DNA of 64,000 nt, taken from the sequence record NC_048047.1, one strand, 5' to 3'. A program made the translations under genes and the position numbers. Every line of letters starts with the position of its first letter. Position 1 is the stretch's first letter. The notes under the pieces were generated by a model. The model had not been told where the DNA came from, did not search any database, and saw only the letters and a program-made list of their open reading frames with translations. Below are positions 18,439 to 26,054 of the stretch, one piece after another.

Positions 18439-18906
18439 ATGATCTGCCTTCTCCTCATTCTCTGTACTGCCGCGATCATCCTGGCCGCCGTCGTCGTGCC
18501 GCTGGTCATTCTATCCTCCGACGAAGCGCCGCATACGATCACCCGCATGCCCGGCGGCGCCAACATCCAACCGACCTATCGCTCGACCGTCACCTACACC
18601 CCTGTCGAGCGTCCCAAATCCGCTAGTTCGGGGGGATACGCGCCGGCTCAGAAGCTCTCGACCAGCAAGCCGCCGACGGCCGCCAAGAAGGCTCTGAGTA
18701 CGACGAAGACGTCGCTCCGCAAGTCGTCCAGCGGGTCTTCGTCCAGCTATTCGTCGACGTCCGACGACAGCTATCTCTATGCCGCCGCAGCGGCAGCTTC
18801 GAGCTACGATTACGGCTCCTCGTACGACTCGTCCTCGTCGAGCAGCTACGACTGCGGATCGTCTTCATTCGACGGCGGTTCCTGCGACTCCTCGGGCGGC
18901 TTCTAG
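18439..18906 (+). CDS. Membrane-anchored Ser/Gly-rich low-complexity protein
   Basis: N-terminal TM; tail 'SSYDSSSSSSYDCGSSSFDGGSCDSSGGF'. Confidence 0.55.
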   Translation: MICLLLILCTAAIILAAVVVPLVILSSDEAPHTITRMPGGANIQPTYRSTVTYTPVERPKSASSGGYAPAQKLSTSKPPTAAKKALSTTKTSLRKSSSGSSSSYSSTSDDSYLYAAAAAASSYDYGSSYDSSSSSSYDCGSSSFDGGSCDSSGGF

Positions 18907-19069
18907 CCCGACTCCAAAGCCCTGGAGATACAAGCAGTTGTGTCTCCAGGGTCTACGACGCCCTCAGTCTGGTGGTGGTTCGTACTATGTCAAGCTGCGC
19001 GTCACGTGACGCGAATCTTGACTTTTAACCATGTTTCAGGCACCTTGCCAAACCCTCTCGAATGAACCT

Positions 19070-19094
19070 AAAGCCCCGTTCCGGGGCTTTTCTT
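19070..19094 (+). terminator. Hairpin with U-tract in the nrdA leader (terminator or attenuator)
   Basis: AAAGCCCCG-ttc-CGGGGCTTTTCTTT. Confidence 0.5.
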
Positions 19095-19108
19095 TGCGGA
19101 CCCCCTAA

Positions 19109-21880
19109 ATGCCAGTTTCTCCTGCTTCCGTGCGGATCGATTCCGCGCGCGACTCTCGTTTGGACGATTTTTCGAAGCAGACCCTCAAGGAACGGTATCT
19201 CCTCCCCCACGAAACCTCTCCCCAGGAGGCCTATGCGCGCGCCTCGGCGGCCTTTGCCGACGATGCTGAGCACGCCCAGCGTCTCTACGACTATGCCTCC
19301 AAGGGTTGGCTGTCCTTCGCCACCCCCGTGCTGTCGAATGGCGGGTCCGAGCGTGGGCAGGCGATTTCCTGTTTCCTGACGTCGGTCGAAGACAGTCGTC
19401 AAGGCATCTTCGATCACTGGGACGAGATCGGCTGGCTTTCCAGCGTTGGCGGAGGCGTCGGCGCCAACTGGTCGGAACTGCGCGGCAACGGCGAGAAGAC
19501 TTCTCGTGGCAGCCAGTCGACCGGCATCATCCCCTTCATTGCGGTCACCGACCGCATCATCCTGTCGGTCAGCCAGGGCGGTACGCGCCGGGGCTCCCTG
19601 GCCGTCTATCTCGATGTCGATCACCCCGAGATCGAGGAGTTCATCGTCGGGCGCAAGCCGACCGGCGGCGACCAGAACCGCAAGTTCACCAACCTGCATA
19701 ACGCGGTGAACATCACCGACGCGTTCATGCATCACGTGATCTCGGGCGCGCCGTTCCCTCTGCGCTCGCCCAAGACCGGCGAGATCATCCGCACGGTCAA
19801 TCCGCGTGAACTCTGGAAGCTGATTCTTGAGACGCGCATGCAGACCGGCGAGCCGTATCTGCATTTCATCGACACGACCAACCGCCACCTGCCGGAAACC
19901 CAGAAGGCCAAGGGCCTGAAGGTGCGTCAATCCAACCTCTGCGTCACCCCCGACACCGAGGTCCTGACCAACACCGGCTACCTGCCGATCGAGGCCCTGG
20001 CCGGCGGCAAGCACAAGGTCTGGAACGGCGAGGCCTTCAGCGAGGTCGAGGTGGTGCAGACCGCGCTTTCGGCCGAACTGGTGCGCGTCTGGTTCAGCGA
20101 CGGTTCGTATCTGGACTGCACCCCCTACCACAAGTTCTACGATGAGGACGGGGTCGAGCACCGCGCCGGCGAACTGGCCAACGGTCTTGTCCTGGAGGCC
20201 ACCCGCCACCCGGTCATCGAAGGGGGTGTCGTGGTGTCCGACGAGAAGGCCTACGCCGCCGGCTGGGCGACCGTGGCCGGCTTCGAAGACGACAATCGCA
20301 CCGCCGTCTTCGTGCCGGGCAAGCCGCGCCCCGAGCAGGCGCGCCGTCTGGTCGTCCATTCGCTGGACAGCACCGTCAGCGAGGACGGGCTGCTCGTGCG
20401 TTTCGAACCCCTGGCGGTGCCTGCCGGCGTTGTCCCGGCCCATTGGTCGCGGCGCGCCCGTGAGATGTGGCTGGGTGCGGCCCTGGATGCGATTGGCGAG
20501 TGGGTCGATACCGAGCACGGCCCGATGCTGGGCTTCGTCTCGCCTGATCCTGATCTGGTCAAGGAAGTGCGCCTGCTGGCCAAGACCCTGGGCCTGAACC
20601 CGATCATTCGCCTGACGGATGCGGGCAATGCTTTCCTGCTGCCGGCCGGCGATGGCAACAGCCTGATCACCCGAGGCTATGTCTGCATGCACGAGCATGC
20701 CGACATCGTCACGACCGCCCAGTACATCGAGCCCACGGTCAGCGTGGTCGATGTTCACGCGTTGCCCTACCAGACCGCCACCTACTGCTTTACCGAGCCG
20801 CAGCGCAATCGCGGCACGTTCAACGGCGTCCTGACGGGCAACTGCACCGAGATCACCCTGCCCACCGGCCGGGACGATCAGGGCAAGATGCGCACGGCCG
20901 TCTGCTGCCTGTCGTCGCTGAACGCCGAGAAGTACCGCGAGTGGCGCCACCACCCGACCTTCATCGAAGACGTCTTCCGCTTCCTGGACAACTGCCTCCA
21001 GGTCTTCATCGAAGATGAGACGCCGGGCCTGGAAAACGCCCGCTACTCTGCTTCGATGGAGCGTTCGGTCGGTGCGGGCCTGCTGGGCTTCCACTATCTC
21101 CTCCAGTCCGAGAACATCGCCTTCGCCAGCGAAGATGCGCGCGCTCTGAACCAGGAGATTTTCGCTCACTACTCGGCCGAGGCCACCAAGGCGTCGCTGA
21201 AGCTCGGCGCCGAGCGCGGCGAAGCTCCCGACATGATCGGCACCGGTCACCGTTTCGCGCACCGCATGGCCGTGGCGCCCAACGCCTCGACCTCGATCCT
21301 GCTCAACACCAGCCCCTCGATCGAGCCTGTCCGCGCCAATGTCTTCCTGCACAAGACGCTGTCGGGCAGCTTCCGGGTCCGTAACCCCTATCTCCAGAAG
21401 CTGCTGGAGACGATCGCTATCGAGAAGGCCCCCGAAACCGAGGGCAACACCGATGAGGACCGCGCCGCCTGGGTCGAGGCCCAGTGGAAGCTGATCAACG
21501 CCGATGAAGGCTCCGTCCAAGGCCTGGACTACCTCTCCGAACACGAGAAGGCGGTCTTCGCCACGGCCATGGAGATCGACCAGGAGTGGGTGATCACCCA
21601 TGCTGCCGATCGCCAGCCCTACATCGACCAAGCCCAGTCGGTGAACCTCTTCATGAAGGCCGGCACCAACGCCGTCGACCTGATGAAGGTCCACTACCAA
21701 GCCTGGGCCAAGGGCCTGAAGTCGCTTTACTACCTGCGCTCGACGACCGCCAAGCGTGGTGAGAACGTCAACTCCAAGGTAGAGCGCAAGGACATGTCCG
21801 AGCACAATCAAGTGCTGGACGTCGAGAAGGGTCCAGCCAGTCCGATCGAGGACAGCGCCTGCCTGTCCTGCGAAGGATAA
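19109..21880 (+). CDS. nrdA: Ribonucleotide reductase class Ia alpha subunit, intein-containing, no ATP cone
   Basis: 'SFATPVLSN', 'ISCFL', 'QSNLC...CTEI', 'APNASTS', 'KSLYYLRS', C-terminal 'CLSCEG'. Confidence 0.96.
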   Translation: MPVSPASVRIDSARDSRLDDFSKQTLKERYLLPHETSPQEAYARASAAFADDAEHAQRLYDYASKGWLSFATPVLSNGGSERGQAISCFLTSVEDSRQGIFDHWDEIGWLSSVGGGVGANWSELRGNGEKTSRGSQSTGIIPFIAVTDRIILSVSQGGTRRGSLAVYLDVDHPEIEEFIVGRKPTGGDQNRKFTNLHNAVNITDAFMHHVISGAPFPLRSPKTGEIIRTVNPRELWKLILETRMQTGEPYLHFIDTTNRHLPETQKAKGLKVRQSNLCVTPDTEVLTNTGYLPIEALAGGKHKVWNGEAFSEVEVVQTALSAELVRVWFSDGSYLDCTPYHKFYDEDGVEHRAGELANGLVLEATRHPVIEGGVVVSDEKAYAAGWATVAGFEDDNRTAVFVPGKPRPEQARRLVVHSLDSTVSEDGLLVRFEPLAVPAGVVPAHWSRRAREMWLGAALDAIGEWVDTEHGPMLGFVSPDPDLVKEVRLLAKTLGLNPIIRLTDAGNAFLLPAGDGNSLITRGYVCMHEHADIVTTAQYIEPTVSVVDVHALPYQTATYCFTEPQRNRGTFNGVLTGNCTEITLPTGRDDQGKMRTAVCCLSSLNAEKYREWRHHPTFIEDVFRFLDNCLQVFIEDETPGLENARYSASMERSVGAGLLGFHYLLQSENIAFASEDARALNQEIFAHYSAEATKASLKLGAERGEAPDMIGTGHRFAHRMAVAPNASTSILLNTSPSIEPVRANVFLHKTLSGSFRVRNPYLQKLLETIAIEKAPETEGNTDEDRAAWVEAQWKLINADEGSVQGLDYLSEHEKAVFATAMEIDQEWVITHAADRQPYIDQAQSVNLFMKAGTNAVDLMKVHYQAWAKGLKSLYYLRSTTAKRGENVNSKVERKDMSEHNQVLDVEKGPASPIEDSACLSCEG
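19940..20842 (+). mobile_element. Intein in NrdA (301 aa) with degenerate LAGLIDADG region
   Basis: Begins 'CVTPDTEVLT' after QSNL, ends 'FNGVLTGN' before C-TEI; removal restores SNLCTEI. Confidence 0.93.
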
Positions 21881-21899
21881 TATCCGACTTCGCTTCGTA

Positions 21900-21938
21900 G
21901 AGGCCGCCCTAGATGGGCGGCCTCCGACCTCTTTTTCT
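21900..21938 (+). terminator. Intrinsic terminator after nrdA
   Basis: GAGGCCGCCC-tagat-GGGCGGCCTC followed by a T-rich tract. Confidence 0.6.
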
Positions 21939-21953
21939 TGATCTGGATTACCT

Positions 21954-23237
21954 ATGAGCCTCCTTGAGCCCCGCGACTACTATAAGCCCTTCGCCTACCC
22001 TTGGGCCTACGACGCCTTCAAGAAGATGCGCGCCATGGCCTGGGAGCCGCACGAGGCCCCGATGGCCGACGACGTGAAGGACTGGAATCAGCGACTCACC
22101 AATGACGAGCGTGAATTCCTCACGCAACTTTTCCGTTTCTTTACCCAGGCGGACATCGACATCGCCAAGGGCTACCGGAGCAAGTACATGCCCCGGTTCG
22201 AGCACGCTGAAATCCAGATGATGTTCGCCGCCTTCGTCGACGCCGAGGCCAACCACATCGACGCCTATTCGACGCTGATGGAGACCATCGGCATCTCGGA
22301 AGGCGAGTACAAGGCCTTTCACAACTACGCGGCCATGCGCGAGAAGCACGAGTACCTGTTCGAGCGCGCCCAGGGTAAGAGCCTCGCCGATCTGGCCGTC
22401 GACATCGCCGTCTTCTCGGCTTTCGGCGAAGGCATGCAGCTTTTCTCGTCGTTCGCCTTGCTGATGAGCTTCCAGCGTCGCCCCGGCGGCCTGATGAAGG
22501 GCATGACCACGATCGTCGAGTGGTCGATCCGCGATGAGACCCACCACGTCGAGTCGATGATCAAGCTGTTCCACGAACTGGTCAAGGAACACCCGCGTAT
22601 CTGGAACGACGAGACCAAGCAGCGGGTCTACCAGACCTGTCGTGACATGGTCGACCTGGAAGACGCCTTCATCGACCAAGCCTTCGGCATGACTAAGATC
22701 GAAGGCGTCACGGCGGCCGAGACCAAGGCCTACATCCGTTACATCGCCGATCGGCGCCTGCTGCAACTGGGCCTCAAGCCCAACTACGACCAGAAGACCA
22801 ACCCGTTCGAGTGGCTGGAGGAGATCATGAACCTCCCCACCCACACCAACTTCTTCGAACAGCGCTCGACAGAATACTCCAAGGGCGAGATCGAGGGCTG
22901 GGACGAGGCCTTCGAACTGATGAGCCACGGCTTCACCCTGCCGCAACTCAAGCCCCAGGTCGAAGCCTTCTCCCTGGTCCCCAAGATCGCCTACATCGTC
23001 CACACCAAGCCCGGCTGCCCGCACTGCGACCGCGCCAAGGCCCTGCTGGACGCGCGCAAGATCAGCTACGTCGCTCAAGTCCATGACGATGACGAAGGCC
23101 GGTTCAACCTGTTGACCCAGATCAAGGACCAGTTTGGTGTGCCCTGGCGCACCTTCCCGGCCATCATCGCCCTGGGCGACACCGCGCCACGTTTCGTCGG
23201 CGGCGCCGATGCCCTGACGCAGGAGCTTGCCCAGTGA
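21954..23237 (+). CDS. nrdB: Ribonucleotide reductase beta subunit fused to a C-terminal glutaredoxin
   Basis: 'FFTQADID', 'EANHIDAY', 'FGEGMQLFSSF', 'SIRDETHH', 'NFFEQRSTEY', then 'TKPGCPHCDRAK...TFP' Grx domain. Confidence 0.93.
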   Translation: MSLLEPRDYYKPFAYPWAYDAFKKMRAMAWEPHEAPMADDVKDWNQRLTNDEREFLTQLFRFFTQADIDIAKGYRSKYMPRFEHAEIQMMFAAFVDAEANHIDAYSTLMETIGISEGEYKAFHNYAAMREKHEYLFERAQGKSLADLAVDIAVFSAFGEGMQLFSSFALLMSFQRRPGGLMKGMTTIVEWSIRDETHHVESMIKLFHELVKEHPRIWNDETKQRVYQTCRDMVDLEDAFIDQAFGMTKIEGVTAAETKAYIRYIADRRLLQLGLKPNYDQKTNPFEWLEEIMNLPTHTNFFEQRSTEYSKGEIEGWDEAFELMSHGFTLPQLKPQVEAFSLVPKIAYIVHTKPGCPHCDRAKALLDARKISYVAQVHDDDEGRFNLLTQIKDQFGVPWRTFPAIIALGDTAPRFVGGADALTQELAQ

Positions 23238-23674
23238 CGGCGACTGCGTCCTTCCGTAAGCTCACCCCGACGGCGACCCTCCCCACCAGGGGGTCGCCGC
23301 AGGCGGCTGGCCTCGATCTCTATTACGACGGCGCCAAGACTGTTCAACTCTGGGCAGGCCAGATGGTAATGCTGGGAACGGGCATTGCCGTTGAGGCCAT
23401 GCCCGAAGACTGTTATGGTCGTGTCGCACCCCGATCGGGCATGTCGATCAAGGGCAGTGACGTCCTGGCCGGCGTGATCGATGCAGACTATCGCGGCGAG
23501 TTGAAGGTCGTTCTGCTTGGAGTAAACTTCGAGCGTGGCGCGATCACCATTGAGCCCGGCGACCGCATCGCCCAGTTGATTTTTGAGCGATACACGCATG
23601 CGGAAGTGCTTGAAGTCTTCGACACGAATGATACACAACGAGGCGCCGGCGGGTTCGGTTCCACCGGGACGTGA
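23234..23674 (+). CDS. dut: dUTPase (trimeric)
   Basis: 'AGLDL', 'PRSG', 'GVIDADYRGE', 'GDRIAQL', 'RGAGGFGSTG'. Confidence 0.97.
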   Translation: MTATASFRKLTPTATLPTRGSPQAAGLDLYYDGAKTVQLWAGQMVMLGTGIAVEAMPEDCYGRVAPRSGMSIKGSDVLAGVIDADYRGELKVVLLGVNFERGAITIEPGDRIAQLIFERYTHAEVLEVFDTNDTQRGAGGFGSTGT

Positions 23675-23803
23675 AAGGTACATCCTTTTGTAGAAAGTCG
23701 CGTCTATTTGACGCGATACTTCAATTTTCGCTTGCACCTAGTTGGTGACGTGATACACGACGTAGGTCATGTACCGTGACACACAACTCGGAGGTGAAAA
23801 ATA

Positions 23804-24517
23804 ATGGTTGCAAGCGCTGCTTTGAGGACCGCTCCGGCGGCCTCCTCGCGGACCACTGCCCAAAAGGCTCCGGCCCGCGCCAAGTCGTCCCGCATGACCA
23901 ACGTCTGGATGCGCAACGGCGATGAGTCCACCATTCCCGGCCGCCTGACCTCGCGTCGCGTGCAACTGGGCATGGACCAGATCGACGTCGCCAACAAGAT
24001 GGGCGTGGCCCGTGCGGCCTATTCCCAGTACGAGACCGGCAAGGTCACCCCCACGCTCGACAAGATCATCAAGGCCGCCGAGGCCCTGGAGACGACGCCG
24101 CAGTGGATCGCGTTCGGCGGCATGAACCACGAAATCCCGATCCTGACCTACAACTCGTCCAACCGCACCTGGGTCAGCACCGACCAGACGTGGCCTGTGC
24201 CGGCGTCCTGGATCAAGGACCGCCTGTCCAACGTCGATCCCCACAAGCTCGATGCCTACGAAGCCACGACCAGCAGCCCCAGCGCCATGGTCCAGGCCGG
24301 CGACGTCGTGCTCGTCGATCGCGAGGAAAAGCCGGGCACGCGTCTCTACCAGGAGTTCGTGTTCGCGATGGATGGTGAATGTCTGACCGACAACCTGCGC
24401 AAGACCGATGGCGGCTATCTCGTCGGCCTCGCCGAGGAGGGCAAGCAGCCCGTCCTGGTCAACACGCGGGCCATCCGAATTCTCGGCAAGGTCGTCGCCG
24501 TCTTCGGCGCCCCCTAG
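23804..24517 (+). CDS. XRE-HTH / S24-like transcriptional regulator
   Basis: 'RRVQLGMDQIDVANKMGVARAAYSQYETG' HTH; C-terminal 'AGDVVLVD...RILGKVV' S24 fold. Confidence 0.75.
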   Translation: MVASAALRTAPAASSRTTAQKAPARAKSSRMTNVWMRNGDESTIPGRLTSRRVQLGMDQIDVANKMGVARAAYSQYETGKVTPTLDKIIKAAEALETTPQWIAFGGMNHEIPILTYNSSNRTWVSTDQTWPVPASWIKDRLSNVDPHKLDAYEATTSSPSAMVQAGDVVLVDREEKPGTRLYQEFVFAMDGECLTDNLRKTDGGYLVGLAEEGKQPVLVNTRAIRILGKVVAVFGAP

Positions 24518-24540
24518 TCTCCGTTGCTCATGGTACATGG

Positions 24541-24573
24541 AAAAGGCCCGCCAGATCGCTCTGGCGGGCCTTC
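24541..24573. terminator. Probably bidirectional terminator
   Basis: AAAAGGCCCGCCAGA-tcgc-TCTGGCGGGCCTT. Confidence 0.7.
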
Positions 24574-24986
24574 CTGTAGGTCATCCGTAGACGACTAGAC
24601 CGGTTTAGGCGAAAGCGCCCAGGTCACCCGGAACCTGACTCCGACTCGCACTCGCTCGGCCATCCAGCCTCGCTTCTCCGCACTCCGCGTGATCCCATCT
24701 CCGATGGGCGGCGCCTGCTCTCCCTTTCAGTCGGATCGGAGCAGGACAGGGACGCGTCACAGCGCCCTTGATAGCCACACCTTAGCGCCGACTTTCTCCA
24801 TGTCAAGAAATGCGACATGGAGAAAGTGCGCTTGACGCACAGGTCTAGCTCGGCCATCCTCGACCTGCATCGACAACCCTGTCTCTAGCACGTCAGGACC
24901 GGATTGCGAGCGTGGGGCGCTTCGGCGCGCTGGACTTCGGCGAAGCGCCCCTCGCTGACAAAATTCACGTCCCGCCGACACAATGC

Positions 24987-25015
24987 TTGACATGGAAAAC
25001 GAGGTAGGTTACAGG
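24987..25015 (+). promoter_or_regulatory. Sigma70-type promoter for the tmRNA/tRNA island
   Basis: TTGACA at 24987 about 30 nt upstream of the tmRNA acceptor piece. Confidence 0.55.
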
Positions 25016-25019
25016 TCAG

Positions 25020-25400
25020 GAGTTGTCGGCTGAAGGGTCCTTCGGGACCTGGATGACGGAATATACGGAGACTGAACTGGACCGGGGTGCGATTCCCCGC
25101 GCCTCCACCACCAAGTCTCCCGGCCGGTCCCCACCCAGGGACCTGGGCGTCGCCTTCAGCGACGGCGCCCGATCTGAACGGCGCGGGAGACTTTGTTCTG
25201 GGGGCGATCAGCATCGACAGGCAGGGTAAGTAGAAGACGCGACACGGCATGGCTGCCGGTTCCTTCGGGAGCGCTCGGCCCACTTTGACAAATGTCAACG
25301 CTGCAAACGACAACGACGTCGTGGTTTCGACCATGACCTCGGTCAAGCTGGCCGCTTAACGGCTCGGGGTTCAGGAGGCGCCTTTTCACCCAAGGTCTCC
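25020..25400 (+). ncRNA. ssrA: Circularly permuted two-piece tmRNA: acceptor piece ~25020-25110, intervening segment 25111-25199, coding piece from 25200; tag ANDNDVVVSTMTSVKLAA at 25303-25359
   Basis: 3' T-arm and CGCCTCC-A-CCA lie upstream of 5' GGGGGCG; 7-bp acceptor stem with G3.U70; tag starts ANDN and ends LAA-TAA; outer ends approximate. Confidence 0.92.
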
Positions 25401-25455
25401 AGCTTGCCCTAAGGGGCTTAGAGGACAGGCGGCGTAAGCCGCGCGATCAACACCA

Positions 25456-25607
25456 GGGGGCGGCCTGGGTCCCGAAACCGCCCACCCTCCTGCTTTCGCA
25501 GGTGGGATCAGAAGGTCGGCCTCAAAATAGGCGATCTGTCGGAAGAAACCCCGTTTCGCCGGCTTTCTGATCCCATCTACGAAAGCTGGAGGTTCGGTGC
25601 CGCCCTC
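25456..25607 (+). ncRNA. Unassigned structured RNA (long irregular hairpin)
   Basis: Nested pairings GGGGGCGGC/GCCGCCCTC, CCTCC/GGAGG, GCTTTCG/CGAAAGC, AGGTGGGATCAGAAG/CTTTCTGATCCCATCT; no ORF. Confidence 0.55.
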
Positions 25608-25632
25608 GGGAGGCGTCGAGCTTTCACAAAGT

Positions 25633-25709
25633 TGCGGGGTGGAGCAGTCCGGTAGCTCGTCTGGCTCATAACCAGAAGGTCAAGGGTTCAAATCCCTTCC
25701 CCGCTTCCA
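25633..25709 (+). tRNA. tRNA-Met(CAT), initiator-like
   Basis: Cloverleaf, encoded CCA, 1:72 mismatch (U:U), A11:U24. Confidence 0.9.
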
Positions 25710-25711
25710 TT

Positions 25712-26052
25712 TGCTGGGCTATACCAGCGAATAGACAAGGCCGCTGAACCGGCGTCTTCAGGCGTCGATGAAAGGTCTAACCTCGCGTCGCTCCCCGGTC
25801 AGTAGGGGAGTGGCAGTCAGAGCAGATAAGGCGGGCGCGCTGCGGCCGAGATAATGGCTTTGACTAGTCGGCCGGCGGGCTAGAGGGATGAGAGGCCAGA
25901 TGTCTCCTGCCGGAGGGACGCTGGCCGCCACCGATCTGTTTTCCAGGCCTCATGCTCGGCCCCGATCAACGGGGTCAGGGATTGAGGCTAGGTCCCGGCG
26001 AGACGCCTGTAGCAGGCTCACAAGCTAGGGCATGCGGCCTGGAAACCAGATC
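25712..26052 (+). ncRNA. Unassigned structured RNA(s) between tRNAs
   Basis: No ORF; many stems, a possible H-type pseudoknot (25815-25874) and a multibranch domain closed by GATCTG..TTCCAGGCC/GGCCTGGAA..CAGATC. Confidence 0.5.
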
Positions 26053-26054
26053 GG

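Noticed and set aside
18243-18441. Open frame with phage-like codons (VEAVTDDRLRREFKKLL...) between annotated genes
   Set aside because: Probably coding, but no credible start codon or RBS found, so not listed as a feature.
18700-18906. Ser-rich low-complexity repeat DNA
   Set aside because: Explained by the encoded Ser/Gly/Asp tail, a common low-complexity phage protein feature.
19025-21811. Very long antisense ORFs (also 3993-5951, 33320-35182, 35408-38209, 44613-46016 and others)
   Set aside because: Shadow frames of GC3-biased real genes on the opposite strand; no motifs or RBS.
23075-23737. 220-aa antisense ORF over dut, which has atypical codons
   Set aside because: In-register antisense shadow with no recognisable motif; the codon shift is more simply explained by horizontal origin.
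24624-24857. 77-aa - strand ORF upstream of the tmRNA
   Set aside because: Starts upstream of the apparent promoter, no RBS, atypical codons; region better explained as non-coding RNA.
25456-26052. Assigning the unknown RNAs to SRP, RNase P, 6S, a group I intron or a hammerhead
   Set aside because: Diagnostic sequences (SRP helix 8, GAGGAAAGUCC, intron P/Q/R/S, CUGAUGA...GAAA) were not found by eye; left unassigned pending cmscan.
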